The notes: a model not told the origin generated them from the letters alone. A stretch of 64,000 nucleotides of DNA from an uncultured Verrucomicrobiae bacterium (GCA_963791565.1 CAWBSX010000004.1:372601-436600); one strand, 5' to 3'. Positions 39,872 to 50,599 are shown, counted from the stretch's first letter. Translations and numbers: made by a program.

Positions 39872-41256
39872 GAGTTGAGCCCGATCGCTGATTGAATCGC
39901 GTCCGCAATGCGATCGGCCTGGCGATCGATCTGCGACAGCTCGCGTCCTTCGATGAGTAAACGGATTTTCGGCTCCGTGCCGGAGTAGCGCAGCAAGACG
40001 CGTCCTTTGCCGTTCAGTTCTTTCTCGGCATCGCCGACCAGCTTCATTACGTCGGGCAATTTTTCCAGCGGCGGTTTTTCTTTCACCTTCAGATTCCGCT
40101 GCGCTTGCGGATATTTCGACAAGCAACGCTTCAATTCGCTGAGCGGTTTGCCGGTCGATTTCATGATGCGCAGAATTTGCAGTGCGCAGACGATGCCGTC
40201 GCCCGTCGTGCCGAAGTCGCGAAAAATCATATGGCCGCTTTGTTCGCCGCCGACATTCAGATCGCGCTTCACCATTTCTTCGATGACGTAACGATCACCG
40301 ACTTTCGTGCGCAGCACTTTTCCACCGGCCGCGTTGATCGCTTCGTCGAGTCCGAAGTTGCTCATAACCGTCGCGACCAGCGTATTTTCACGCAAACGTC
40401 CCGCACCTAACAAGTCCGTCGCAGCGATCGCGAGAATCTCGTCGCCATCAACAATTTCGCCATTCTCATCGCAAAGGAGAACGCGATCGGCATCGCCGTC
40501 ATGGGTGATGCCGACTTCTACGCCGGTCGCTTTGACGATGCGCTGAATTTCCTGCGGATGAGTGCTACCGCAATCGGCGTTGATGTTGGTTCCGTTCGGT
40601 TCGTTGTGCGCGACGATGAGATCCGCGCCGAGCTCTCGCAGAATGCACGGCGTCGATTTGTAAGCAGCCCCGTTCGCGACATCGACGGCGATGCGCATCT
40701 TCTCCAATGACATGCCGCGCGGAAAACTCGCTTTGGCAAATTCGACATATCGACCGAGCGCATCATCGATGCGTCGCGCGCGACCAATTTTTTTGGCAGT
40801 TGGTCGAATCGCATCAATCTCGCCAGAGAAAACCAGCTGCTCGATTTGTTCTTCGATTTGATCGTCGAGTTTGTAGCCGTCGTGCCGGAAAAATTTGATG
40901 CCGTTGTCTTCGTAGGAATTGTGCGAAGCTGAGAGAACGATGCCGGCGTCGGCCCGAAGCGAACGCGTGATGTAGGCGACGCCTGGCGTCGGCAACGGAC
41001 CAATGACGAGAACATCGACCCCTAACGAAGTGATGCCGGCGACGAGCGCGTTCTCCAACATGTAGCCGGAAAGGCGCGTGTCTTTGCCCAGGACAATTTT
41101 CGGGCGAGTGCCGGCCGGCAGTGTGCGGGGATTCAGTTGAGTGAAAACGTGCGCAGCAGCGCGCCCGAGCTTGAGCGCCGTTTCCGCGGTCACCGGTTCG
41201 ACGTTCGCCACACCGCGAACCCCGTCCGTGCCGAAAAGTTTATTCCGCTGCGTCAC
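39868..41256 (-). CDS. glmM: Phosphoglucosamine mutase
   Basis: Start at GTG 41256 (MTQRNKLFGTDGVRGVAN). It has the phospho-Ser loop SASHNSYEDNGIKFF. The longer N-terminal extension in the track looks spurious. Confidence 0.9.
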   Translation of the reverse strand: MTQRNKLFGTDGVRGVANVEPVTAETALKLGRAAAHVFTQLNPRTLPAGTRPKIVLGKDTRLSGYMLENALVAGITSLGVDVLVIGPLPTPGVAYITRSLRADAGIVLSASHNSYEDNGIKFFRHDGYKLDDQIEEQIEQLVFSGEIDAIRPTAKKIGRARRIDDALGRYVEFAKASFPRGMSLEKMRIAVDVANGAAYKSTPCILRELGADLIVAHNEPNGTNINADCGSTHPQEIQRIVKATGVEVGITHDGDADRVLLCDENGEIVDGDEILAIAATDLLGAGRLRENTLVATVMSNFGLDEAINAAGGKVLRTKVGDRYVIEEMVKRDLNVGGEQSGHMIFRDFGTTGDGIVCALQILRIMKSTGKPLSELKRCLSKYPQAQRNLKVKEKPPLEKLPDVMKLVGDAEKELNGKGRVLLRYSGTEPKIRLLIEGRELSQIDRQADRIADAIQSAIGLNS

Positions 41257-41279
41257 GAAGAAGATTGAACCGCGCTTCG

Positions 41280-41855
41280 TTAGGTTCGTAAACCGATTTT
41301 CCGCGCGGGCACGCCGCCCCAGATTTCGTGGGCGGGTATGTTTTCCCTCACCACCGCGCCAGCGGCGACGATCGCGCCGGCACGGATCCTGACATTTTTC
41401 AGGACAACAACGTTCGCGCCTAACCAGACATCGGATTCGAGAACGATCGCTCCTTCCGCACCGTCGAGTTGTTGATTCATCGGTAAATCGCGGCGCGCGT
41501 TTCCGTGATCGTGATCGATGAATTTGCAGCCGGACCCGATCAAACAATCGACGCCGATTTCCACGCGTCGGCGCACATTGAATTCACAGCCAAAGCCGAT
41601 GAAGACGCGATCGCCGATAATGATCGACGGGCCGGGCGCGTAGATGCCGTCGAATTTGAAATAGATGTCATGCTCAAGCCGGCAATTTTTGCCTAACGAG
41701 ACCTGATGCGGCCAGGTCACGTGAACTCGCGGAAGCAAAGTTCCTTGGCCGATCTGCATTCCCAGCACGCGCCACCACAAAGTGCGCATCTCGGCGACGA
41801 CCGCGGCGCAATTGGCCCGCAGACGAAACATCGCGCGGCCAGCCGTCGCGCTCAT
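41280..41855 (-). CDS. Hexapeptide-repeat (LbH) acetyltransferase
   Basis: 191 aa. DVWLGANVVVLKNVRIRAGAIVAAGAVVRENIPAHEIWGGVPARKI. Confidence 0.85.
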   Translation of the reverse strand: MSATAGRAMFRLRANCAAVVAEMRTLWWRVLGMQIGQGTLLPRVHVTWPHQVSLGKNCRLEHDIYFKFDGIYAPGPSIIIGDRVFIGFGCEFNVRRRVEIGVDCLIGSGCKFIDHDHGNARRDLPMNQQLDGAEGAIVLESDVWLGANVVVLKNVRIRAGAIVAAGAVVRENIPAHEIWGGVPARKIGLRT

Positions 41856-41862
41856 CGAAATT

Positions 41863-43593
41863 CTACGGCACCGCGATGCGTTGCCGGTCGTGATCGGAGA
41901 AGAAGACGCATTCGTTTTCCAACCCGAGAAGCGTGGCCCATTTCAACGGGAATTTTTGCAGGTCGATATTGCGCGTAATCACGCCGGCCCAATCCTTGTA
42001 TTCGCCTTTCAAAATATCTCCGAGCCTATTCTGACTGCCGCTGATCGGCGTGAGATAAAGGCCGTTCACCGGCGCGCCGAAGGTGTTGTAATCGTTAAAT
42101 TCGGTAAAGGCATGGATGGTGTCGGGCAGCCAAAGCGATTTGCGATCGGCATACCACGAGATGGCCCATGGCATGTCGGAAGCGATCACTTCATTCGGCT
42201 TCATCCACGCGTTCAGCACGGAAATGTAAGGCGGAACATAGGGCGGCCAGCGAATGGTGCGCGTGGTCGGGGTTAAAAAAGTGAAGGCGATCGGCACGGA
42301 ACAAATGAGGAAGAGCAAGGTGAGAAATCCGATGCGCGCGAGGCGCCATTCGATTTCCAGCCGGTTCCATTGCACCAACAGGTAGGCGAGTCCGTAACAG
42401 GTCATGATCGGAATGAAGAGGAGATGCAACTGGTTCGCCGCTACGTCCATCTCTTCGCTCAGCCCGTAGATCGACATCCCGATAAATGCGAAGCCCCACA
42501 TGCACAAAACCAGCCAGCGCATCGCGGCCGTTTCGGGTTTCCGAAAAATGTGAAGCAAGCCGGTGAAAAACATCAGCGCGACAAAACTCCACCCGAAATA
42601 TTCCAGCCCGCGTCCGATCTGCAAAACGACATTGCCGGTAAACTTATTCTTGAAATGGCCGAGGCCGACGTCTGCCAGATCGAGATCGACCCGGCGCATG
42701 TGTCCCGCCTCGGGATGATTGATGGTATCCAGCACCGAATAGATCGCGACGCCGCCGGGATTGCCGCACACGGCATAGTTCCGCACCAGCCATGGCGAAT
42801 AGATGATCGCGAAGGCCGCCAGCATGATAACCGCCGCCCAGAAGCGCGGCCGGAAATGGAAAATGCAAAAAATGAATGCGCCGAGAAAAATCCAGATCGT
42901 CAGCGCGTGTGAGAGCGCGAGCAGTCCGAAACCGACGCCGGCCAGCGCGAGCCAAAGACCAACCCGACCGCCGCCCGTTTGCGCCAACATCGCGCGCACG
43001 AGGACGTAAAGCGTCCCGTTGAAAAGAAACAGCATGAGCATCTGCGGCAAGCCGGAAATCGAGTAACGCCAGAGCGCGTCGCATAACAAAACAAGCCAGG
43101 CCGCGAGCACGGCCAGTCGATCATCGAAGAGAAGCTTCGCGAGAAAATAAAGAATGACGACCGAGCCGAGCAAGAGGAGCACCTGCAATCCGACGAGAAT
43201 CTTCTCGGCCGGATACGTGATGTCCTTCGGCGTCATGGCCCAGCTGGATTTGAATGGCTTGAGCGCAATGGCATCAACCAGCGGTGGCAACGGCGCGTTG
43301 TAGGTATCGAACCAAATTTTCTCCGCCACATTCTTGCCGTGCGCTTCCAACTGCCCGACCGCAAGTGGCCGGATCATTTGCGTCCGAAAACCTTCGCCGC
43401 GCGCGAGATTGCGGCCGATCTGCGCCTGATCCATCCCTTGGGAAGCGGCGAATCCCTTGAACTCGTGCACCAGATAAAAAACGCTCAGCGCCAGAATGGC
43501 GAAAACCGTGAGTGCGATCTTGACCCACTTCGCGCCGACCCCCTCTTCGAGACCGTGGATAGTGCGTTGGATGAAATCAGCGGCGCCGGGCAT
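41863..43593 (-). CDS. Polytopic membrane protein, GT39/ArnT-like glycosyltransferase candidate
   Basis: 576 aa with 10 or more hydrophobic helices followed by a soluble C-terminal domain. The family call rests on architecture only. Confidence 0.5.
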   Translation of the reverse strand: MPGAADFIQRTIHGLEEGVGAKWVKIALTVFAILALSVFYLVHEFKGFAASQGMDQAQIGRNLARGEGFRTQMIRPLAVGQLEAHGKNVAEKIWFDTYNAPLPPLVDAIALKPFKSSWAMTPKDITYPAEKILVGLQVLLLLGSVVILYFLAKLLFDDRLAVLAAWLVLLCDALWRYSISGLPQMLMLFLFNGTLYVLVRAMLAQTGGGRVGLWLALAGVGFGLLALSHALTIWIFLGAFIFCIFHFRPRFWAAVIMLAAFAIIYSPWLVRNYAVCGNPGGVAIYSVLDTINHPEAGHMRRVDLDLADVGLGHFKNKFTGNVVLQIGRGLEYFGWSFVALMFFTGLLHIFRKPETAAMRWLVLCMWGFAFIGMSIYGLSEEMDVAANQLHLLFIPIMTCYGLAYLLVQWNRLEIEWRLARIGFLTLLFLICSVPIAFTFLTPTTRTIRWPPYVPPYISVLNAWMKPNEVIASDMPWAISWYADRKSLWLPDTIHAFTEFNDYNTFGAPVNGLYLTPISGSQNRLGDILKGEYKDWAGVITRNIDLQKFPLKWATLLGLENECVFFSDHDRQRIAVP

Positions 43594-43621
43594 AAGAAAA
43601 AGTTAGCGGGTGAACGAAAAG

Positions 43622-45061
43622 CTACTCGGGACGAAGTTGGGGAGTTTCTCGTTCAAGCGACGGGCTGTCCAGTTCCTTTGCTTTCTCCGCATTCATCTCG
43701 TTGATCTTGCGGTGCAGGGTGCGTCGGCTAATCCCGAGCCGTTTCGCGGCCGCGGTGACGTTGCCGTTGGTGCTGGCCAACGCTTGCATAATCAAACGCC
43801 GCTCAGTGTCGTGCAGATCGAGTGGACTGGATTTTTCGCCCCACGCTTTTGCCGGCGTGACACCGCCCGGCAAATTCCGCGGCGCATTTTGCCGCACGCT
43901 GGCCGGTAACTCGCGCACCGTAATTTTCGGACCGTTGGCCATGACCACGCCGTGTTCGATGGCGGTCCGCAGCTCGCGCACGTTTCCCGGCCAATCATAA
44001 TTCAGCAGCAGATTCATGGCGTCGGAAGTCAGTTCGAGGAGCGGTTTCTCGTTCACCTTGCAAAAATGTTTCAGGAAAGTTCGCACGAGCAGCGGGATGT
44101 CTTCCTTCCGCTCACGCAACGGCGGCATGGTGATGTGCACGACGTTCAACCGGAAGTAGAGATCGTCGCGAAATTTTCCTTCGCGGACTAACGAGTCCAA
44201 ATTCTTGTTCGTGGCCGCGATCAATCGCACATCGGCTTTCAGCAATTGATTGCCGCCGACGCGTTCAAAAGCGCGTTCCTCGCTGATCACGCGTAGCAAT
44301 TTAACCTGCGTGCTCGGATCGATCTCGCCGATTTCATCCAGGAAAATCGTTCCGCCGTTGGCTTGTTCGAAACGTCCGATGCGGCGCTCGTGCGCCCCGG
44401 TGAAAGAGCCGCGTTCATGCCCGAAGAGTTCGCTCTCCAGCAATGTCGGCGAAAGTGCCGCGCAGTGAACCGTGACGAATTTCGCTTTGCTGCGTCGGCT
44501 CAGATTATGAATAGCGTGCGCGACCAATTCTTTGCCGGTTCCACTTTCGCCGTCGATCAAGACGTTGGCGTTCGATGGCGCGACCTGACGAATGGTGTCG
44601 AGCACTTCGTGTAACGACGGCGATTCGCCGATGATATTTTCCAGCCCGTAACGCTCATCCACCTGCTGACGGAGCGTGCGATTTTCCTGCTCCAGTCGGC
44701 GCGAAGACAGAGCGCGCGCGATCAACATCTCGACCTTGTCGAGATTGAGCGGCTTGGTCACGAAATCGTAGGCGCCCCGTTTCATCGCTTCGACCGCGGT
44801 ATCGACTGAGCCGTAGGCCGTCATCATGATGCAGATCGGCGGCCGCGACATTTTTAAGGCGCGCTCAATCAAGGTCATGCCGTCTTCGCCGCTGAGCCGC
44901 AGATCAGTGATGAGCACATCGACCTGTTCACGTTCGAGCACATCCATCGCTCCCGCGATATCGGCCGCGACGTAAACGTCATACTCATCTTCCAACAAAC
45001 GGCGCATCCCATCGCGGGTATGCTTTTCGTCATCGACGATCAGTATCGTGCCCTTTGTCAT
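43622..45061 (-). CDS. Sigma-54-dependent response regulator (NtrC family)
   Basis: 479 aa with a receiver domain (DVLITDLRLSGEDG), an AAA+ domain (GESGTGKE, ERGSFTGA) and a C-terminal HTH (AAKRLGISRRTLHRKI). No adjacent histidine kinase. Confidence 0.9.
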   Translation of the reverse strand: MTKGTILIVDDEKHTRDGMRRLLEDEYDVYVAADIAGAMDVLEREQVDVLITDLRLSGEDGMTLIERALKMSRPPICIMMTAYGSVDTAVEAMKRGAYDFVTKPLNLDKVEMLIARALSSRRLEQENRTLRQQVDERYGLENIIGESPSLHEVLDTIRQVAPSNANVLIDGESGTGKELVAHAIHNLSRRSKAKFVTVHCAALSPTLLESELFGHERGSFTGAHERRIGRFEQANGGTIFLDEIGEIDPSTQVKLLRVISEERAFERVGGNQLLKADVRLIAATNKNLDSLVREGKFRDDLYFRLNVVHITMPPLRERKEDIPLLVRTFLKHFCKVNEKPLLELTSDAMNLLLNYDWPGNVRELRTAIEHGVVMANGPKITVRELPASVRQNAPRNLPGGVTPAKAWGEKSSPLDLHDTERRLIMQALASTNGNVTAAAKRLGISRRTLHRKINEMNAEKAKELDSPSLERETPQLRPE

Positions 45062-45075
45062 TTCAAATCAGCGCC

Positions 45076-47022
45076 TCAATTTTCTTTCCCCCAAAGAAAC
45101 GCATCCTCAAACGTCACCCAAGCCGCGACGCGTTGCCGCAAGTTTTTTGCGCGCTCGGTTTCGTTAGCCAGCACATCGTGTTGTTCGGTCGGATCGGTTG
45201 CGAGATTGAAGAACGATTCGTGTGCGCTGGTCACGTCGTAGATGTATTTCCAATCGTCTTCGCGCACCCCGAAAATATCGCCACCCGCGATCGCCATGAA
45301 GAAAGCGCGGTTCGGTTTCGCAGGATCGAACAAACTATAACCCTGCCACTCCGGATCGGGTTCCATGCCTAACAAGTCCACGATCGTAGGATTGAGATCG
45401 ACGTGGCCACCGATTATTTGCGCGCGGCCGCCATTTGGAAACAGTCGCGGACTCCAAAACATCAGCGGCACATGCGTTTCCTCTTCAAAGACCGACCAGG
45501 CGTGGCCGCGTTGCTCGTGCGGATCGGCGAAGGCTTCACCGTGATCGCCGGTGACGACCACGAGCGTGTCATCCGCCAGTCCGCGCGCGCGCAAAGCGTC
45601 GAACATTTCGCCGAGATGCTTATCGGTTTCGTGCACGACGTTGAGATAGGCGGACAAATCTTTTGCCAGGGGCGGCGCGGGTTTTCCGGCGAAGAAATCG
45701 ATCGTCGTCATGCCGGGACTGGCGGGATAAGGATCGTGCGTTTGATCTGTCCAACAAATGGCGAAGAACGACTCGTTAGGCTTTTCGTCGATCCAGCGGA
45801 TGAGACGATCGAAGACGCACCGGTCTTCTGTTCCCCAGGAACTAAGCGGCGGACAACCGACCGTGGAATAATCGTCTAACGAGTCGAAGGCACCGCTTTT
45901 TTCCAAAAGCCAATGTTCGTCTTCCCAATAAAGATTGCCGTTATTGATGTAGGCGGTGCGACATCCGCGTCCGCGCATTTTGGCGGCGAGAGTCGCGGGA
46001 AACGCGCGCGCATCGCCCAGCGCCGCATAATGCCACGGCAAACCCGGGTAGATGGAAAAATTCAGCGTGCGAAAGGAGCAGTAAGTGAAACTGGCATGCG
46101 CGTAAATGTTATCGAAGACGAGCGCGTGAGCCGCTTCCGCTTCAAAGCGCGGCATGGCGTCGTGGATGTATTTCGTTCCGATCGATTCGAGCACGATAAT
46201 GATGACGTTCTTCGGTCGCGCGATGCCGGCCGGCACCCCGAAATACGAACTACTCGTTAGGCCACGCGCCTTGAAGGTGCGAAACTCGTTGGCGTATTCC
46301 GGCGGAAAATCCTTCGGAAACGATGGACGTTGCCCACCTTTCAGACGCAGCGCCGTCGTGCGCAGCAATTCGAAATGTGGACTCAGCCAAAGATGTGTCA
46401 GCTGCTGTTCCTTCCATAAATTTCGTTGCAAAACGTAGCCGGCTGGCCACCAAACGATCGTAAAGACGAGAAGTCCGCGCGTTAGTCTCGGCCAGCGCTG
46501 AGTTCGGATCGCGATGATGAGATAGACTATCGGCACGAGCAGAAGTGCCAGAGCCATTCCAATTCCAAGCCGATCGAAGATGGACGAACGGACCGCCGAT
46601 GCGTTCCCGATCATTGCGAAAAGTTCGAAGGTGATTGGCCGGTTGAAGTAGCGAAATAATCCGATCGAACCAACGCCGTAGAGAGCGCAGAGCGCGAAAA
46701 ACCCGAGGAAGATTCCGCGCGCGATCGCAGCGGCGCGCAGCAAATTTCGCAGAACGAAAACGATCATCGCGCCGATCGCGCCGCAGACGAGCGCGAAAAA
46801 CACATCGGTCCATGAGGACATCAGCAACCCGAGCGAACGCTCGAAGAAATGTCCGAACCATGGCTTATCCCACGTCGCTGCCTTGGTCGCGATGAGGAGA
46901 AGCGCAAGCCACGCGCTGGCGCCGAGCAAAGAAACGCCGGCCTTCCTTCGCGCGTTTTCGGACTCCAGGTATAATCCTTCGATCACGAGCAAGGCTACTA
47001 GCTCGCGCAGTGCGCCGCGCAA
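45076..47022 (-). CDS. LTA-synthase/sulfatase-family membrane enzyme (alkaline-phosphatase superfamily transferase)
   Basis: 648 aa with N-terminal TM helices and a sulfatase domain (VIIIVLESIG, TGDHGEAF). Confidence 0.8.
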   Translation of the reverse strand: MRGALRELVALLVIEGLYLESENARRKAGVSLLGASAWLALLLIATKAATWDKPWFGHFFERSLGLLMSSWTDVFFALVCGAIGAMIVFVLRNLLRAAAIARGIFLGFFALCALYGVGSIGLFRYFNRPITFELFAMIGNASAVRSSIFDRLGIGMALALLLVPIVYLIIAIRTQRWPRLTRGLLVFTIVWWPAGYVLQRNLWKEQQLTHLWLSPHFELLRTTALRLKGGQRPSFPKDFPPEYANEFRTFKARGLTSSSYFGVPAGIARPKNVIIIVLESIGTKYIHDAMPRFEAEAAHALVFDNIYAHASFTYCSFRTLNFSIYPGLPWHYAALGDARAFPATLAAKMRGRGCRTAYINNGNLYWEDEHWLLEKSGAFDSLDDYSTVGCPPLSSWGTEDRCVFDRLIRWIDEKPNESFFAICWTDQTHDPYPASPGMTTIDFFAGKPAPPLAKDLSAYLNVVHETDKHLGEMFDALRARGLADDTLVVVTGDHGEAFADPHEQRGHAWSVFEEETHVPLMFWSPRLFPNGGRAQIIGGHVDLNPTIVDLLGMEPDPEWQGYSLFDPAKPNRAFFMAIAGGDIFGVREDDWKYIYDVTSAHESFFNLATDPTEQHDVLANETERAKNLRQRVAAWVTFEDAFLWGKEN

Positions 47023-47071
47023 CTTTCCTTTTTTCTGGTCTCGTTAGGCGCGCACTGCCACTCTCCGCCGC

Positions 47072-47587
47072 ATGAAGATTTTCCTCGGGATTGTTATCGC
47101 CCTGCTGGTCCTCGCTGGTGGCGCTTATTTCTACGCCTCGTCGTTGCCGGAACAGACCACGCACACGCGCAGCATCACGCTCCAGCAATCGCCCGCCGCC
47201 GTCTTCGCCTTACTCACCGACATGGAGAACATGCCGAAGTGGAATCGCAACATGGAGAAAATCGAAATACTTCCGCCGATCGACGGCAAAGAAGCGACGC
47301 GTCAATACTTCAAGGGCAACATGCAGATGACCATCATCACCAGCGAGAGCACACCGCCGTCGCATCTCGTGCGCACCCTGGGCGACGCGGGCGGCCCGTT
47401 CTCCGGTTCGTGGACTTACGAAATCAAACCGACGAACGGCGGCAGCGACGTCGTGCTGACGGAAGATTCCCACATGAAGAATCCGCTCTTTCGTTTGATG
47501 ACGAAGATTTTCGGCGAAACGAAATATCTCGACGAACATCTCGCAGACATGGCCAAGCACTTCGGCGAAACGGCTACTATTCGTTAG
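47072..47587 (+). CDS. SRPBCC (START/polyketide-cyclase-like) family protein
   Basis: 171 aa with an N-terminal helix. LLTDMENMPKWNRNMEKIE is typical of the SRPBCC/CoxG-like fold. Confidence 0.55.
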   Translation: MKIFLGIVIALLVLAGGAYFYASSLPEQTTHTRSITLQQSPAAVFALLTDMENMPKWNRNMEKIEILPPIDGKEATRQYFKGNMQMTIITSESTPPSHLVRTLGDAGGPFSGSWTYEIKPTNGGSDVVLTEDSHMKNPLFRLMTKIFGETKYLDEHLADMAKHFGETATIR

Positions 47588-47601
47588 GCAGCTACTTCGC
47601 T

Positions 47602-49684
47602 TTACACCACTGGTCGACCCACTCGTTCACGGTCTGGTACCACAAAACCGGAATTCTGTGGCTTCAGGACCCAATGCCCTTCGTCGGGGAAGTAGAGGAA
47701 CTTGGACGGCACTTTGAGACGCTGCAGCGTGGTGAAAAGCTGCATGCCTTCCGCGACATCGAGCCGGTAATCGAGCTGACCGTGCACGACCAGCGTGGGC
47801 GTTTTGAATTTGTCCGCGAACAAGTGCGGCGAAAATTTCCGGTAAAGCTCGCGCTGTTTCCACGGCGGGCCTTTGAATTCCCATTCGTTAAACCAAAGTT
47901 CCTCCGTCTCGCCGTAGGCCGACTCGGTATTGAAGACGCCGTCATGCGAAACGATGCACTTGAAGCGATCGGTGTGGCCTAACAACCAGTTGGCCATGTA
48001 GCCGCCGTAGCTCGCGCCCATCGCCGCTTCGCGCGTTTTGTCGATGAACGGATAAGTCTTTTCCACGTAATCGAGACCCTTCATCAAATCTTCATACGGC
48101 TTGCCGCCCCAATCGCCGCTGATCGCGTCGCAAAATTTCTGTCCGTAACCGGTCGAGCCGTGGAAGTTGATCATGACCACTACATAACTGCCGGTTGCCG
48201 CGAAAAGTTCGGCGTTCCAGCGATACGTCCACGAATTTCCCCACGCGCCTTGCGGACCGCCATGAAGCAAAAACTTCAGCGGATATTTTTTCGACGCATC
48301 AAACCCCGGCGGCTTGATGATGAAGCCCTGCACATCATCGTTATTCGCGCCTTTGAAGGTGAACGACTCTATCGGCGGCATGTCGATTTGTGACAAGAGC
48401 GCATCGTTTACATGCGTAACCTCTGTGACCGCGGGATTCGTTCCGCTCGGCGTCAGTGGAGAAGCTGTTGCGAACCATCGGCGAACTTTCAGGCTTACAA
48501 TCTCATTCGGCACCTCGATCTGAGATATGCTCAAGTACAGACTGTCGGCATCTCCGCCAAAGGCGAGATCATCCGCGTGGCCCATTCGCACAAGCTCAAG
48601 CGCTTTGTTTGTCGCGAGCGATAAAACATAAATCGGCGACATGCCGTGATCCTCGGCGCTGAAGAAAATCGTCTGCGAATCCGGTGCCCAAGCAAAACTG
48701 CCTAACGAACGGTCGAAATCCGCCGTTGCATTTCGCATTTGTGCGGACTGCCGCTGATAAACGATGAGCGATTGCTTATCTGCTTCGAAACCGGCGCGCG
48801 CCATTGATCGCCAGGCGATGTGGTTTCCATCCGGCGAATAGCGCGGCGTGTTGTCGTTACCGGGGCTGGTGGAAATTTTCTTGGGCGACCCGCCGGTGAT
48901 CGGGACGAGAAAGATGTCGTTGTTCGTGCTGGTCGCGCCGACTTCATCGATGTTGCTGGTGTAGGCAACTTCCTGTCCGTCGGGGGAAATGGCGTACATA
49001 TCCGCACCGCCGAGATTGAATGGCGGCACATCGTGATCGCCCGGCGTGATGTCGCGCACAGTCCCCGCGCCGCCGGTGCTAATTACGAAAAGATGGCTGC
49101 GTTTGAAATTCAGTGAACGAAGTCCAATGACGATAAAGCAGTGAGGTGAAGATTTTTGCCTTCACTTTGCTTTTCTCGATTTTCTCGTCGCGGTCCTTGT
49201 TGCAGGCGTCGTCTTTGCAATCGGGAAAAACGGAGGAAACAAAGACGATATTTTTCCCGTCCGGCGACCAGATACCGCCGTCCGCGCCGGTGGAAATATT
49301 CGTGACCTGATGCGGTTCGCCGTCGAGTCCGCCGCTTTCCGGCGTAAAATTGCACATCCAGATTTGCGTCGGATCGGTTGCCTTCGAAGTCCAGATCAAC
49401 TTGGTGCCGTCGGGCGAAAAGCGCGGCCGTTCCTCCTGGTTCTCCGTTTGATTCAAGCGCCGCGCGTCGCCGCCGCTGGCCGGCACAATCCAGAGATGTG
49501 TCTTCTTCGTGTTCGCCGCCAGATCCACATCGACCGCGTCGAAGACAACCCATTTCCCATCGGGCGAGGGCGCCAATCCACCGACGCGTTTCAATTTCAT
49601 CATGTCTTCGAAGGTGAACGGGCGCGTTTGCGCAAAAGACGTGGCGACGAAAAGGAAAACGAGCGTGGGAATTCGGAAGTGCAT
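47602..49684 (-). pseudogene. S9-family serine peptidase (beta-propeller plus alpha/beta hydrolase), one frameshift
   Basis: Track ORFs 49079-49684 (signal peptide plus propeller) and 47602-49059 (GASYGGYMANW, HGQLDYRLD, FPDEGHWV) join if 1 nt is removed near 49104: ...HWTSFTEF / KRSHLFVISTGGAGTVRDITPGDHD. Confidence 0.85.
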
Positions 49685-49761
49685 AGGTTCGCGGCACGCT
49701 CTGGCGGAAGCGGTCGCGATGCAACTTAGGCGCGGCAGGAATTCTGCTTACTCACGTGCCG

Positions 49762-50538
49762 ATGAAAAAAAGTGCCCGCGGTACGCTTCTCCTGTTGCTC
49801 TTCTGCTTTTCCGGAACGCTTGAGGCCTTCCCGCCAGAGATCCAAATGAATTGGGGCGTCGGCGCGCAAAATATTTCCGGAGACAGTGATGTCGCGACGG
49901 ACGGCACCCTGGTGGATGCTTTCGTTTTTGGTGATAACACCGTCGCTGACGTGACGGTCAACGGCGTGACTTTCCGCGCATTCAACGTCCCGAGCGACGG
50001 CTCCACGCAATTTGGAGCGGTCGGAAATTACACTCTGAGCACGACCTCGACTCCGCTCGTCGCTTACAGCAACCTCAGCAGTCAGGAAGCGCCTTACGGC
50101 CTGCTCTCGAACGGCTATCAAACCATGCTCGGCCAGGCGGGCAGCACCAGTTCGCCAGGCATGCTCGTTCTAAGCATCGATGGCCTGACGGTTGGCCAGC
50201 AGTATCTCTTTCAATTTTGGACTTCGAACTCTCCGCTGACGACAGCGAGCCCGTCGGGGAATCGTTTTTCCACCATCGGGACCGCGGTCAACTCCATCAA
50301 TCTGGTCGATAACATGCCCAATACCGACGGCGGAATCGGACAGTTCGCCATCGGCACTTTTACCGCCACGGCTTCTTCAGAATTCATGAGCTTCTCGGGG
50401 ATCGACGGCAGCAACGATCCCGCCATCAACGCCTTTCAATTGCGCGCTTTGGCCGTGCCGGAACCGGGCAGCAGTGTCCTGCTCGGTTTGGGATTGCTCA
50501 TGGGCAGTTTTGTTTTTCGGCGCCGCCGTCCTGCCTAA
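49762..50538 (+). CDS. PEP-CTERM sorting-domain secreted protein
   Basis: It has the signal MKKSARGTLLLLLFCFSGTLEA and a C-terminal VPEPGSSVLLGLGLLMGSFVFRRRRPA (PEP motif, TM helix, Arg cluster). The TAA stop lies inside the motif copy at 50533. Confidence 0.85.
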   Translation: MKKSARGTLLLLLFCFSGTLEAFPPEIQMNWGVGAQNISGDSDVATDGTLVDAFVFGDNTVADVTVNGVTFRAFNVPSDGSTQFGAVGNYTLSTTSTPLVAYSNLSSQEAPYGLLSNGYQTMLGQAGSTSSPGMLVLSIDGLTVGQQYLFQFWTSNSPLTTASPSGNRFSTIGTAVNSINLVDNMPNTDGGIGQFAIGTFTATASSEFMSFSGIDGSNDPAINAFQLRALAVPEPGSSVLLGLGLLMGSFVFRRRRPA

Positions 50539-50563
50539 CGAGTGCCTAACAAGTCCTTCTGAA

Positions 50564-50599
50564 AAGCCGGGAGAGCAATCTTCCGGCTTTCGTTTTTCT
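50564..50599 (+). terminator. Candidate rho-independent terminator after the PEP-CTERM gene
   Basis: Stem AAGCCGG (50564-50570) pairs with CCGGCTT (50583-50589), followed by TCGTTTTTCT. Confidence 0.6.

Noticed and set aside
49734-49749. Sigma-54-like -24/-12 element GGCAGG-N5-CTGCT upstream of the PEP-CTERM gene.
   Set aside because: The GG and GC spacing fits. However, the predicted transcription start would fall within a few nt of the ATG at 49762, leaving essentially no leader. The -24 and -12 flanks each carry mismatches. I treat it as a chance match unless mapped experimentally.
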